A stretch of DNA of 64,000 bases from Gnetum montanum (lineage: Eukaryota; Plantae; Gnetophyta): NCBI GenBank assembly GCA_015680685.1, contig MNCI01001980.1:265375-329374 (forward strand). The letters are read 5' to 3'. The notes beneath the pieces are model-generated. The model saw nothing but the letters and a program-made list of their open reading frames with translations. It had not been told where the DNA came from and searched no databases. A program made the translations under genes and the position numbers. Below are positions 23,255 through 36,452 of the stretch, one piece after another (within the stretch, counting starts at the first letter, position 1; every line of letters starts with the position of its first letter).

Positions 23255-25772
23255 CAACAAATGTATGCTCCTGTGAAAATGAATCCTAGCACCTAGGAAG
23301 TTATGATGTCCATCCTTAAACAAGAATTCCTTGAGATATTTGGGAATGCCACAACTTTCTTAATGTGTCTAGAGGAAGATGAGGGGACAACTATACTAGT
23401 GATAAAGCACCATGGACAAGAGACATGGATGGAAGTGATGGTAGATAGGATGGTTGAGCTCCTAAACACTCTTGAGACACCAATACCAGACATTGCTTCC
23501 ATGGCAGATATTCAAGTGTCCATAGGAGCAAGGAGTGGTCAGCTCAGTGTAGCCCAACATAAGGAAGTGTATGATCAACTAGTGGAAACTAGGCAACCAT
23601 TTCTAGAGATCTTTGATCTCCCAAATAAAATTATAGTAACCCAATTAGGACTACTAGAGACTAAGAGCAAACTGATCATTGCCAATGCTTAGCTACAGGA
23701 AGCCACTATTGAAAACCAACAATTTATTGCCAAAGTTGTAGAGTTTTGAGCCCATCTATCCAACCCTACCATTCTCAACTTGAATCTTAATAGAGATGAA
23801 GCTTTCTAGTAGCTTCAATAAAGACTCAAAGAGGTTGAGAATGCGAAGAAGAATATAGTATTTGACACCTTCTTATTAAAAGCCTTAACATTCAACACTG
23901 ATAAGGATTTGACATAAGTCTTCAAAGAGAAATTGGTGCTCATCAAGAAATGTCGAGCAACAAAAGGACCAAATAATCAAATTCATTCAAAAATAGTAGG
24001 AGCTACTAGCTAAGGTTAGCAGAGAATCAAAATCTCTCCATGGAGGAAGTTCGAGCACTTTGCCAAAAAGATAGCCATTGAGGTAGCTACCTAGAAGAAT
24101 GAGGCCCTGAAATTTGAATAAGTCAAAAATCATTATAGGGACCAAGTTTGGCTCCTCAAAGAGATGAACAAGAGGGAGATTTAGTTAGCCTAGGTGAAGA
24201 TGAACAAGACCCTCTACCAACTCCAGCAAAGAGGCAATGTAGTAGCCAAATTTTGATGGCTTAAATGCATGTAACAAAGCTAAGATCTGCCTAGAGGAGT
24301 TGCGGATTGAGGTGATGATTGAATACACAGAGCTTGCCAACCTTTGATACACAAACTTAACTATGCTGACTATAGGGAGGCCAAGGATAGAGTTGAAAAA
24401 GCATGTGGCCAATTCATACCTCTTATACGAGGGAAAATTCAAGCACCATAAAGAGACAAAACAATAGTTGGAGGTAGCCAATATGGAGCTTGAAGTTATT
24501 TGAAGCCAATTCACTAATCAATGATCACTTGCTAAAAACCTAGCTAGGAGAATGAACGACTACCACGAGCTGTAGAACCTTATCAAGATGTTTGATATCG
24601 AACAAAAATAATTTGCGGCATGGTTAGTCAATGCTAAGGAGTTGTTCCCTATAATGTTGTGTGTATGGGACATTCTCATACCAACCCATATTGGTGAATT
24701 CACATGGATTATGTACAACCCATGAGATAAGGAAGAGAAGATGAAAGCAACAACAACAGGACAACCTTGACTACCTCCAACACCATAAGCGTTAAAGCCT
24801 GGTAAAGGAAATTTAGCATCCTAGGAGCCTCCACCTCCTAGCACTATTTGGATTTGACCTCATCTTCTATAATATATGAGGAATTCTGCCATCATCTTTG
24901 TAAGGGTGTCCAATGTTGTTGTCATGAACACCAATTTTTGTAATTTTGTACAATTCAACACTCAGAGTTAGTTAGTCAAAGTTAGTCAATTAATAATTTC
25001 ATATTTTTCCAAATTTGTAAGAAGCTCAATCCTACCTTTATTCACTCGAGGTTGAGTTTTCACTAAATCATGGGGGTATGATGAAGTATAGTCAACTGGT
25101 TGCATCAATGGGCATGCGTCAATGCAGCCCCATTGAGACATGGTTACATGCATCAACACAGATGTAAGTCAAGCATATATAAATGTACATACCCACCATA
25201 TTTATGGCATGTTAAGTTAATAGAGTAGAAAAGCTCTTGTAATTTTCTTTCTAAGTGCCAATTGTATGAGCTAAAGTAATTCTACCTAAACACATTGATG
25301 TGAACAGTAATAAAGAAGAGATTATTCACATTCATTGTAGCACTTGGAATAGATTAATATTTCTTACTTGCACTTTGTTCTTTATGCACTTTACATTCTT
25401 GTCTTAAGCAATTAATACATTTAATAGTGAATACATAAGTATGACCACTTCAAGCATACTATTTAATGCTTGGTAATCCAAGCAGTGGTCATTTGATACA
25501 CCTAGTAATTGTTACTTGGTAACCTAGTAGTGTTAATACAAGTTTAGGATGTGTATTGAAAGTATGTACTGATACTTATGTTAGGATAGTTAGCCTTTGA
25601 ATTGTTATATAGCTAGAATAGTTAATTATCAACCATTTATCTTTTCACCAATACTTAGGCTAAAATATATACAAAAAATATAAACATAAATACATATAAT
25701 ATGTCTTAACTCATACTTAACCATACATAAGAGCCTACATGAGTGAGAGTTAGGAAGACAATAGTCAGATGG
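23255..25772 (+). mobile_element. 3' part of a second Athila-related element (Y): decayed 3' ORF, PPT-like tcatgggggta, truncated LTR from 25079
   Basis: Same pre-LTR signature as family A (cttgaggaNgagtttt...tcatgggggta TGATG; compare 25043-25083, 49031-49070 and 30869-30907). TATA near 25176. LTR tail 'taggaagacaat' resembles family A. Confidence 0.65.
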
Positions 25773-27124
25773 ACTTCAAGTGCACCATCTTTGTTTATAG
25801 GCACACTTAGGAGCTAAGTCCATAGGATGTGATTGGATCGCTAGTTCATGCTTATGATTCATATGGTTGGATGGAGAGACTACTTGCTACTCATTAGACA
25901 TCTACTTTGGTTGTGAGATGTCTACTATTAATTATTAAGCTCTCAAGAAAGATAACTATACTTCATGAAAGATGTCTTCTTCTGACCTAAATACATCCAC
26001 TCTCTTGCAAAAACTTCTACTCTAAAATCCTTCTACATTTGAAAAAGGTGTCTCCTCTTTTCCAAAGATGTCTTATCTAATGATGGAATGTTTTTGTTTA
26101 GATACCAATGGGCATAACTTTGTAATCGAAGTATCAATGGAAATATGAAAAGTCACTTAAAAAGTATAAATAGGCATCCAAGAGCTAAGAGAATGTAAGA
26201 GAGTGAAATGGTAAAGAGTGAGGATGAGAAGAAAGAGAGTTAAGAGGCTAATTATCTATTTATCCTCCTTTAGAAATTGAGAGGTCTTTTTGTGTGCTTG
26301 TGAGTGAGTGCTTGCTTTGAGTATGAAGTGGGAATTTAATTGAATTACTTGTCTATCCTTGGAAGTGATTAAGCTTCCTTTGTAATTTATAATCTTTTCG
26401 TTAAGAAAGAGTAATGTTTATTTTTTGTTCAAAGTTAGCTTATTGTGACTTCAAAGCTTGGATTATAAAATCCAAGGGAGCTCCTCATTATTTCCTTTCT
26501 TATTTTCACAAAGCATCCATTGTAAGAATATTTACCTAAGTAGAAATACCTTAAATTAGAAAGTTATTCATATCTATGTTATTTCTAGAGCTTTCTACTC
26601 CATGATTAAATATGTGATGTACCCTAACATATTTTTATAAATATTTTTTTGGGATTGGACACCTCCTCATCCTAACAATTACTACCTCCAGATCTTCCTT
26701 TCTAAGTGTGTTTACTTAATTTTTATGTATATCCATTGAGAAACTCTTGGATCTATTAATTCATAATTTCATAATTTCTTTAAATTTTTTCATCCATATA
26801 ACCTAGTATTACCCAATATAATTGAATTTGTGACTTGGATTGACCTCGTAACTTGGGTTTATGAAAAAGAAATTTCATAACTTGTTTTTTCTTAAATACT
26901 TGAGGGTATGGACCCCTAAAAAATGAATAATGATTAAGAAAAGCTAGAGTACATTGGATCATCAACATAAAAGAAAAAGTATGAAGAAAGAGCCAAAAAA
27001 TTTTAGACATGCCTTTTTGAATTTTCATCCTTACAACTAATCATAAAAAATATTCCTTTATGGATAGGAAAAGAATTAGGCCTTTCCATTATTCAAAAGT
27101 GTTCCTTGTAAAGAGAAGAAGAAA
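25773..27124 (+). repeat. LTR-like repeat fragment with agacatcta motifs and TATA box (paralogue 49794-51173)
   Basis: tagacatcta/agatgtct motifs at 25895-26075, TATAAATA near 26165, purine-rich leader. A third copy lies inverted at 55307-55830. Confidence 0.55.
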
Positions 27125-27479
27125 GTTGGCAAGGTGGGATAAAGAGAGTTGTAGATAATTAGATATGATTGCGAAGGATATGAAGCAGTTGCAGGACAAG
27201 GATACGAAGCCACATGTTTGATAAGCAAGCTAATTATTTTCTATGATGGAAATCATATCTCCATTGATAGAGATATATTACTTTTAGATAATGTTTTTGG
27301 TTGCTACTGACGTAGAGTAGCTCTCTCTTTATGGTGGCTTTGAAAGCCCCTAAATCAAGTGGGTTGGATTCATTGGTGGCATTGCTTGTTTTTATGGTAA
27401 GGTAGTGGCTACTTGGGCTAGACAAGAAAATAACATTCACGTCACTATTGAACATCTCACTAATAAACTAGCTTAAGAT

Positions 27480-28087
27480 CCTTTTAACACTCTAGCTCAC
27501 GAGGAGCTAGCTAGAGCCTAATTAGCCTTTCAACATTGGGAAGTGTATCAAGCATAAAGTGCCTTAACTAAAAGTTGACTTGGTTAAATATTCAAGATGA
27601 AACTGACCAGAACAGTATCCTCTCCTTTCTTAAGAACCACTATGAAACCCTTTTTACAGCTACCCTTATGGACATCTCTTCGTTCAAGGCTGCCACCCCC
27701 AATTATCCTTGCCTTATCAACTCCATTATGCTACAAAGTCTTAACACTGATATCACTATGGTGGAGCTTTAGGTGGCTTGTTCCAAGTTAAGTTGTGGAA
27801 AGGCTTCTAGTTATGATGGTTTCCTCATGGAATTTTTTCAAACTCGTTGAGATTTGGTGGGAAATGATCTTCTGCAGGTCATTAATGAGGTTATCCTAAC
27901 TAGTTCCCTTGGACCTAATCTAAATCAATTGGCTATTCGTCTCCTCCCTAAGTTTGGGGATCTTACCGGTATCTTCAATTGGTGTCCCATAACTCTTCTC
28001 AATGTCATGTATAAAATTTGGGCCAAGTGCTTAGCCTTATGGCTAAAAATAATTCTTGGCCAAATCATATCTCCCCAGCAAAGAACA
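27480..28087 (+). mobile_element. L1-type LINE ORF2 fragment (pre-RT and RT N-terminus)
   Basis: GKASSYDGFLMEFF...VGNDLLQVINE...IRLLPK...NWCPITLLNVMYKIWAKCLALWLKIILGQIISPQQ matches the L1 pattern KAPGPDG...LIPK...RPISLLN..YKI.AK.LA.RL. Confidence 0.88.
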
Positions 28088-29711
28088 AGTTCCCATAACA
28101 CCTCCTGCTCCAACAATGCAAGGGGAACTTCCTCCTCAACCGCAGCAACGTCACGCTGCGAGAGCTATAAATATCCAACCAGGTACTAGTTCTGGCGACA
28201 ATTGTACAAAGAAGACATCTTTTTTCAGAACTAAAAGCCTAGAAAAACTCTCGCAACAACAAGCGGTTGAGGCCATGTACATGCCTCCATCATCTAACAC
28301 CTCAGAGCACCCTTCATTCCAAAGGAGTGTAACGCATACGGTTATGCTAACACATACTGTAACTGATTGGATCAAGGTAGGCCACCTTCCCAGGAAACTA
28401 ACTGACTGTGGGAGTCCCTTTATTTATTTGCAGATTGTTGGAAATGCACTACATCAAGCTCTTCTTGACTCAGGTTCCGGAGTCAACTTAATTTCGCGAA
28501 AGATGTATCACGCCTGGAAACTGCCCCAACTTAAGAAGAGCAACATACAACTAGAGTTGGCGGACCAGTCCATCACCATTCCCTTGGGATTGGTCGAGGA
28601 TGTTATTACCACTATGTGTGGTTGGTCCTACCCAGCGGATTTTCTAGTGATCAATGTTAACAACAACGAAGGGGACTTCCCAATTATAATGGGAAGGGCA
28701 TGGCTAAGCATAGTAGACACATGCCTTAGGATCCGCGATCTTTCCTTGGAAATCTCCAAGATAAACATATGTGGAAAGATCGAGAAGACGAGAGTTCCAT
28801 GCATCACATACAGTGATTCATTGGGTGATGACATGAAGGAAATGTCTCCATGTAACAGGTGTGCCCAAGAAACTCTGCAACAAAGATGCCTGTATGTAGC
28901 AAGCACACAAGAAGTAGTAGACACCCCATGGTTGACAACTTCTCATAGAGGCAAACAAATATGAATGGAACGAACTGACGAAACTCATGCCAACAACCGT
29001 GGCATAGACACATTAGAACATGAGCGTTGCCAACTTCCACCCTTGAATCTAAGATTATTAATCGGGAGAAGTTGGTCACTTCTTAGAAATTCGAATAGGC
29101 GCTCACTATTTCGGATCTCTCCCTTACAACTCAATCATGGGGGAGATGGCCACCTATGCTAATCATATGGGGCCCTCAGTTCTTTTTCAGTTTTTTTTTA
29201 CACATTTTTTTACAATGTTTTTGTTTTACACATTTTTTTTTTACAACTTTCTTTACCTTTTGATGTTTTTGTTTTACAACATCGTTATACTTTTCTATTT
29301 TGTGTGTGTGTGTATCACCCACCATGTAAGTTCGTCACCCAATAAGTGTTCAGGCCGATGGGATGAACTGTTTTTCATTAATTGCCAATGTTTGGTCTTT
29401 ACCTTTAAGTTACAATGTTGATACTAAGGTATGTCTCTGTTGATATGGCAGGCAATGAGATCCACTTCATCCATCCATCCATCAAGTCTATGGTTTCCCT
29501 TGGTTTTGAAATGTATGGGTCCCTTCCAATAAGAACTTTAACGAAATGGTGACTAGGCATTTCTCAAACTAAGGAAGGACTCAAGGATTGCAAAGGGTGC
29601 GACTTCAATGAAACTTGATGCTTTTGTGTTGGTCATTCACTTGGGTGCTTGGTTATTTTCTTCTTGAGTTTTCTTACCGTTTCGATGTTACCCATTCTTC
29701 GGAAGCTGAGA

Positions 29712-29932
29712 NNNNNNNNNNNNNNNNNNNNNNNNNNNNNNNNNNNNNNNNNNNNNNNNNNNNNNNNNNNNNNNNNNNNNNNNNNNNNNNNNNNNNNNNN
29801 NNNNNNNNNNNNNNNNNNNNNNNNNNNNNNNNNNNNNNNNNNNNNNNNNNNNNNNNNNNNNNNNNNNNNNNNNNNNNNNNNNNNNNNNNNNNNNNNNNNN
29901 NNNNNNNNNNNNNNNNNNNNNNNNNNNNNNNN
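29712..29932. other. Assembly gap (221 N)
   Basis: Run of N. Single Ns also occur at 12182, 12340 and 35136. Confidence 0.99.
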
Positions 29933-30902
29933 TTCACCTCATTGCCGGTTGTATCATTAGTGTATATATTTTGGTTGATGCATTTTTTTCTTTTTGGTAA
30001 ATTCTTCCAGTTAAGACTTTAACTCTTATTCCAAAGGACATTCCCTGAGCCTACGAACTCTTTGAATGTGGGATTGTCAGGGCATTAAGGGCATAAGCCT
30101 GCTTTGGGGAGGACTCACTGACAATCCTATTTGGAACACTAGTTAACTTCTTTTCCTTAACTTTTTGGAATTAATTTTATTTTTGTTCATTTCCATCTTG
30201 ACATCCATTTCACTGATGCCATAGTTGTCCCTTTTTACCTATCTTTCTTACTCTTTTTTCTCTCTCCATTCTAACGCTACCGGAGGTTCGCGATTAGTCA
30301 TGGGGGTATGGGGCCTGATTTTTTGATTTTTCTCCTAAGCCTCAGATTTTTTTTCATTTTTCTTCTTAACCCCTACACCTTCGGTAGTCATCATCTACAT
30401 TTTCCTAGATCCATATCAGCCATACCACAACCTAGCTAATGAACCTAAATCGAAGCAAGGTATTCTTTACTTAATGATTCAATTACCCTTGCTAATATAT
30501 GATTGTGTTGTGTATGCAGATGGCAATCATACAACAACGGAATGGATCTGGAGCAACCACTTGGAATGGAGCAGTAATGAAGCAGCTATGCAAGGAGCAA
30601 GATTGATAATGCGCTTACGGATGGACAACGGAAGGCGCGCTTTAGGTGTTGGCAGCAGCAAGACTCTTCTCTCTTCTTCTCTTCCATTCTCTCTCCTATT
30701 TTCTCTCAGCTGCCAAATGTGGCCTGATGTCATTGTAATAAGGTGTTCACCCTTGTTGTCATGAACACTAGTTTTGTCAAGTCTTGTAATAAGGATCCGT
30801 TCACATGTCATCCCATTAGTTCCATTCCCCTCAATAATCCCATACCTACCTGATATTATTGTAAGGAACTTGAGGACGAGTTTTCATTCAGTCATGGGGG
30901 TA

Positions 30903-31938
30903 TGATGAGACGCGACATGCATAGCGTCGCAATATCACATACGCGATATCGCAGCCACCGCGATATCATGGTCTGCCGCCATATCTATAAATAAGAGGCG
31001 GCACTCCCTTCATTTCCCAATTCTGGCTAGAAGTAGCGAAGCTCTAGTAATTTCAACACTCCAGAGTTAGATTAATTTCCCATGTACCCGCAGTAGGAGT
31101 CCTAGAGTGAACGGCTCTTTATTCGAGCAACTTTGTAACCTGAACACAAGTTGTGTACGGCAATAAAGACAAACTTGATTGGATAAACCTTGCAGTATAT
31201 GGTTTTATTTATTGTTATTTACTGCTTTCCTAGTGTGCACGAGTACGACTTGATTACGAGCATCTATGGATGTGTACAGCTAATCAAGGAATCTACTCAT
31301 CGCAATGCGTGAGTATGACTTGACTACAAGCATTGTGACTGCTTGGTAATCCAGTAGCGTATTCCAGGATTGGTGCTTGGTAATCCCAGTAGTAGTCCAA
31401 TGTGTACGGCTAGTTAAGGAATCGGCTACTCATTGCTAGGCTAGAACGTGTGATAAGTACGACTTGGCTACGAGCATCCATGGGTGTGTATGGCTAGCCA
31501 AGGAATCGGCTGCTTATCACACTTAGGCTAAATAGGTGCCTCAGTACGACCACTTCGAGCACTTGCGTTACGTGTGGTGATCCAGTAACGAGTAGCGTTT
31601 GGTAGCCACAGTTGCATGGTTCAGGGTGTGTACGGTAAGTGGGAACGGATGCTGACGCTAGTTAATTTAGAGGGGGGACATTAGTTAGTGTTAGTTAGTT
31701 TCTCAACCCTTTCCCTCATAGCTTAGGAGATAAACTGAAAAATACCAAAAAAATCACATACCTTAGAGTTGCTTAACCATACACCGTGACACATACAAGC
31801 AAGCCTAGGAAGACAACGAACGATTAACCCCAAGTGTTTCTTGTGGCGTTAAGGCATTTAGTCTACGGAGTTCAACCAGATCGCGCGTGCACGCTCGTAT
31901 TCGTATGGTTAAGTGTAGGGGTACCTCGCCACTCATCA
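30903..31938 (+). repeat. Family-A 3' LTR (1036 bp, internally expanded)
   Basis: TGATGAG...CTCATCA termini, TATA near 30986, internal repeats at 31235-31525. Confidence 0.92.
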
Positions 31939-34485
31939 GGTTCCAATGTATGTACCTTGGGCCGCTTGTCCATGGATGTAGTTGGTTTTGGTGTAGCCTA
32001 TTTCAAATTCTTTTGTTGCTGGTTACCTTTAGTAGGCTTTGTTGTTGGTTTGGCGATAGGTTGTTTTCATCATTGTTATGATGATGAATTCTTGCTAACC
32101 TTTGATTTATTGGTCACTATAGGTGGGCTTTGGTCATGGGTCATTGTGGTCTTACTTATTAAAGGTGGAGGGACCCAGATAATAAATGGTTCTTGGGCTT
32201 TGAAGGATTAGCAAGTCGTTAATTACATTATGATGTCGAAGCCACTGAGGGGGGAACACGTATGATGAAAGGCTTCGTAGGGACTAGAGAAGGAAACACT
32301 TATATAACGAAGGGCTTCCTAGGCTTTGTGCATTGGGGTTGTGATGACACTCTCATCATGACAAATGATTTTCTAGGGGGATTAGATCATTTGGCTTTTG
32401 TGAAAGAGGCTACAGTGTAGGAGTTGTTGTTGGCTCTTGGAGAGTTGGGCTAATTCACTACCAACTCTCTATGGTTTATCATCTTCTAGAGGTCATCCTT
32501 TAATGTTAGGAAAAAATTAGTATCATGACCAGTCATTTGATGATAATGATAATACCTATCTAATCTATAGTACCTTGATAGCTTAGGATTGTCTTTGGTA
32601 GCTATTGTTGGGTCTCTAGCTATGTCATAAAGATGACTATACCTCTTACGAGCCTCTTTAGATAATTGCTTATGTTGTATATGGTTGTCTTTAAGAAACT
32701 ATTCTAAAAGCTCAAAGGGCTTTAAAGGTAACCTTGCATACTTAGACCTATCCTTTCCTGCAAATTTTAGTCTTGGTGGATTTGGGATGTAGGAAGTGGA
32801 TGGTTGTGAGGAGTCTTGGCATGTGTTGTGTGGTGGTGATCCCCTTCTCTTCCCTTGCTTTGAATCTTTTGTTACTACAGCCACAGTTGTGTGTTCTTTC
32901 TTGATTTTATTGCTATCCCTCCTTGCATGTTGATTTATATAGGCCACATAGGCTAGATCGTTGCTTGCCTTAGCTACTCCCTCAATGTTCTTAGTTTGTG
33001 AGAAGTTTTGGCTTAATGATTAAGGCTCTAGGTAGTAAATCTTTGACTTGATAAAGTCATTTACTACTTCCTTGTAGATGGGCAAGAGGTGGATTTCAAT
33101 AATAGGCTCTAGGATCTTGTAAGTATTGAGTTTCACTTTTGAATGAACCTTTTGACTAGTTCAAGTGACCCTTGCTTCACCTTCATTAATTGATCCGATG
33201 TGACATCTAACTTTAAGTTGTATCTGAAGTGGTTGATGAATTGATCTATTAAGTTTTCAAGGGATGAGATGGAACCTCTAGGCAAGGTTTGGTACCAATC
33301 TAGAGCCTTTTCATTTAGAGACATGGGGAAAATCCATAGTATTGTATGAGGCCAAGCTTGCAAGAAGAGGCACAGTCTGGAAGGTTACTAGATGTGCATT
33401 GGGATCCCCTTCACCATTGTATTTGTTGAAGTTTGGAATAGGCAAGCCTATGGGCAAGGTTAGTTAAGGCACCATGGGCCTTATAGGGTCATCTTAGTAG
33501 AAATCTAGAAGCTTCACTATCTGAGTTGTGTGTTGGCTTTAAGTTTTTGTAGCTCTTCTTTAAGGTCTTGGATCATTTGGAAAGCTTGATACAAGCCTTG
33601 GGGCATTGCAATGGGTTGTAGTGCTTGTGTTGACTATTGAGGAAGAAGTTGTAAGGTTGGTGACCTCATGATAGGCTACAGTATTGAAGGGAAAGGTTGG
33701 GTTACAGTTGTCATAGGTGGGGTAAACAAGGAAAAAGATGTTTGTGTAGGAACTTGGGGCACAAAGGGGACAAAAGGAGTATGAGAGACTTGTGTTACTT
33801 GGGGTCTTAGTGAGGGTCCCATTGGTATGACAAATGGAGATGGTGAGGTAGACATCACCATGGTCAAATGAAGAGAATTAGGTTGTGTGGAAAAGGACAT
33901 TAATGAGAATAAAGAGATGGATTGAGACATGGGTTGTGTCTGGCGTATGGTGATGATGGGTGTGCCCAAACCTAGTAGAATGAATAGGAGGAGAGTTGGG
34001 CCAAGGAATATATTCCATCAATGAGGTAAGAAATGTGGAGTTGGGTGTGATTTTTGGGGAGTTGGAGATTGTAAAAGACTTCCAATGAAGGTTTCCATCT
34101 ATTGTTTGGCCTCACACTTATCATCTTCTTCTTGTCAATCCTTTGAGCTAATTCCCTCACTAAACTCATCAACCTCTATGAGTTGTATGAGCATTTGTGC
34201 ATAAAAGTTTGTGAGGGGGATTTGATCATAAGGGGATGGGATGTATTCTTTCCCATCCCAACATATGATTTTGAATTGATGCTTAGCATTAGATTTGGAG
34301 CATGGTATTAATAAACCAACTCGCATCTTAGCATAAAGGAAGTTGTAGAACTCCTTGTTGCTAACTGCAAAATTTGGGTTCTTACCTCTTTGCCTAAATG
34401 ATTGCCTTCTTTCTATGTCTATGGGATCTTTCAAGTTATAAACATGAACTACATTTTAACTAGATACATTTTGACTAAAAGACAT
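31939..34485 (-). pseudogene. Decayed Ty3/Gypsy retrotransposon gag (element X, copy 2)
   Basis: ORF 33133-33363 (SLNEKALDWYQTLPRGSISSLENLIDQFINHF...VKQGSLELVKRFIQK). Retains ~420 bp of 5' sequence (34070-34488) that is deleted in copy 1. Confidence 0.8.
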
Positions 34486-34709
34486 GATAAAAAAAGTACT
34501 AAAAATGGCTAAATAAGGTTGTAAAAGATTAAATAAAGTGCAAATTACAATAAGTGGAATTTAAGAATGGCTAAAAGAAGCAAAGATGGTTGAAAATGGG
34601 TTACTTACTATAAATAGTAAGTGGCTGCCAAAGGAGGTATACCCCCTTACTAAAGATGGTAAAGGATGGTCTTAACCCCACCCATGCTAGGCTTCCTAGC
34701 TGCAAATGA

Positions 34710-34731
34710 TAATAATAATAATAATAATAAA
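34710..34731. repeat. (AAT)n microsatellite
   Basis: About 7 AAT units. Confidence 0.9.
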
Positions 34732-36239
34732 TGGAAAAAGTAAGTCACTTACTATAAATGATAAGGGGGATGTCAAAGGGGTATATTGCTTCACTAAAAA
34801 TGGTAGAAGGTTGGTGTCAAACCCCATCCATGCTAGGCTTCCTAGCTACAACTAGGTTGAGAAGGAAAGGGGATGAGATGGGAAGATCTAACACCTTCAT
34901 TGGCAAGGTTGGTGAAAGGGGGTTTACTTTTATAAAGTTGGATTTTGGCTGAAAAATCAAAGTGGAAGCTTTGATTTTTGCAAAGGTGAGATTTTTTAGT
35001 AGGTGGCAATGTTGACCTTGCCAAAAGGAATTTACAGCAAGGGGTTTGGGTGGTCTAGGGGAGTAACACCCTAGTTGAGAGAGGTATAACACACACCCTA
35101 GCTAGCGCGCAAGAGGGGGGGGGGGGTCGGGGGGGNAGGTAGGATGAGGGTGGTAACACCCATACTAAAGGTGGAGAGGAGGGAATAAAAGGGGGTAAGA
35201 TAAAAAATCTTATATCCTCCCACACAGTGTTTAGGGGTTACACTTTTGGCAGGTTTTAAAGGTTTTTCCAAAAATTAAAGTAAAATTTTAGTTGGTTTTC
35301 CAAATGTTTTACCTTAGTTTTGGCATGGTGCCAATGTTGATCTTGCTAGAAAATTCCTAGCAATTGCTATGAATTTTCTACCAAAACCCAAAAACCCACA
35401 TTAGCTTTGCTATGAAATTTTCATAACAAGGGGGTATGAGGTTTTGACAGTACAAAATATGTGTTCAAGGTGGCTTGGTGGAGCAAGAGGTTCACTTAAA
35501 TGGAGGCTTGGAATCCATTGCTCCACGATCTAGATGCTTCACAACTCCTAAAAAATATAAAACCTTGTTACAAACTTAACTAGATCTACAACATTGGTAT
35601 TATAGGGGGTGTAAAAATGGCTATGGGGGATTCCATGCTAAGAGGATTTGAGAGGCTATGTTTTTTGTAGGGTTTCAAGAGCTTTCAAAATAACAAAAGT
35701 TCCAAAAGTGTGGAACCTGAGAATGGTATTTGAGGCTGATTTTTATAGGTTTTGGGCTATGTGTTGGGTTGCAAATTGGTTGCAAATTGTTGCAAATTTC
35801 TACCATGTACAAGTGAGATGGGTGCCCAATTTAGGAGGTTATTATGTATGGAAAGTGCCAAACCCCCATGGCCATTTTGTTTACTATAAATAGTAAGGGA
35901 GCATACCATCTATGCTAGAGGTAGATCTTCTGTGCTGGGGGGATGGCTTCCACATTAGGAGTAGATCTTCTACGCTAGGGGAGATCTTTGATGTTGGGAG
36001 CACATCTACCATGGTGGAGGTAGGTGAGTTATACCTCCATGCATCCTAGCTAGGGTTTCCTTGCTAGAGTTTTCTTGTTGGAGTTTCCTAGCTAGAGTTT
36101 TCTTGCTAGAGCTTCCTTGCTAGAGTTTCCTCATTGGAGGGAATGTGTAGAAATATTGGCCATAATAGGGACATGAAGTATCCATGCTGAAGGTTGGCAT
36201 CCTCACTTGGGAGTGGTTGGGGCGGGGAGGGGGAAATGT

Positions 36240-36452
36240 GAATTATACCCTCATGCATCCTTGCTAGAGGTAGGTAAGATCCATCCCCATGCATTCTCAT
36301 TGGGGGTGAGTGAGATCCACTCCCATGCATCCTCAGTGGGGGTAGGTGAGATCAATCCCCATGCATCCGTGCTAGAGGTAGGTGAGATCCACCCCATGCA
36401 TCCTCATTGGGGGTAGATGAGTTGTACCTCGATGCATCCTAGTTGGGGGTAG
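36240..36452. repeat. 36-bp tandem repeat, ~6 copies (paralogue of 4305-4485)
   Basis: Same unit; gives the HASxxxVGEIHP periodicity in ORF 36207-36416. Confidence 0.88.

Larger units (their letters stand above)
1..27124 (+). repeat. Copy 1 of a ~19-kb direct segmental duplication, interrupted by the 11450-19114 insertion; left end lies outside the window
   Basis: Position 1 'tagttggccttggtgtagcc' matches 31979 'tagttggttttggtgtagcc'. Colinear similarity continues to 'ttccttgtaaagagaagaagaaa' (27102-27124 vs 51151-51173). Paired ORFs include 4608/36574, 6834/38857, 10739/42198, 23303/47213 and 24185/48256. Confidence 0.95.
28088..31938 (+). mobile_element. 5'-truncated non-autonomous family-A Athila-like element (gag tail, protease, pol deletion, 3' region, 3' LTR)
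   Basis: ORF 28056-28964 with ALLDSGSGVNLI...IIMGRAWL; deletion junction at ~29100; PPT-like tcatgggggta at 30892-30902; LTR 30903-31938. Confidence 0.88.

Noticed and set aside
27125-27470. Inverted LINE 3' end (twin-priming structure)
   Set aside because: Only a vague resemblance in the minus-strand translation, with no poly(A) or TSD; not supportable by eye.
29615-30022. ORFs containing long X runs
   Set aside because: Artefacts of the 221-N gap.
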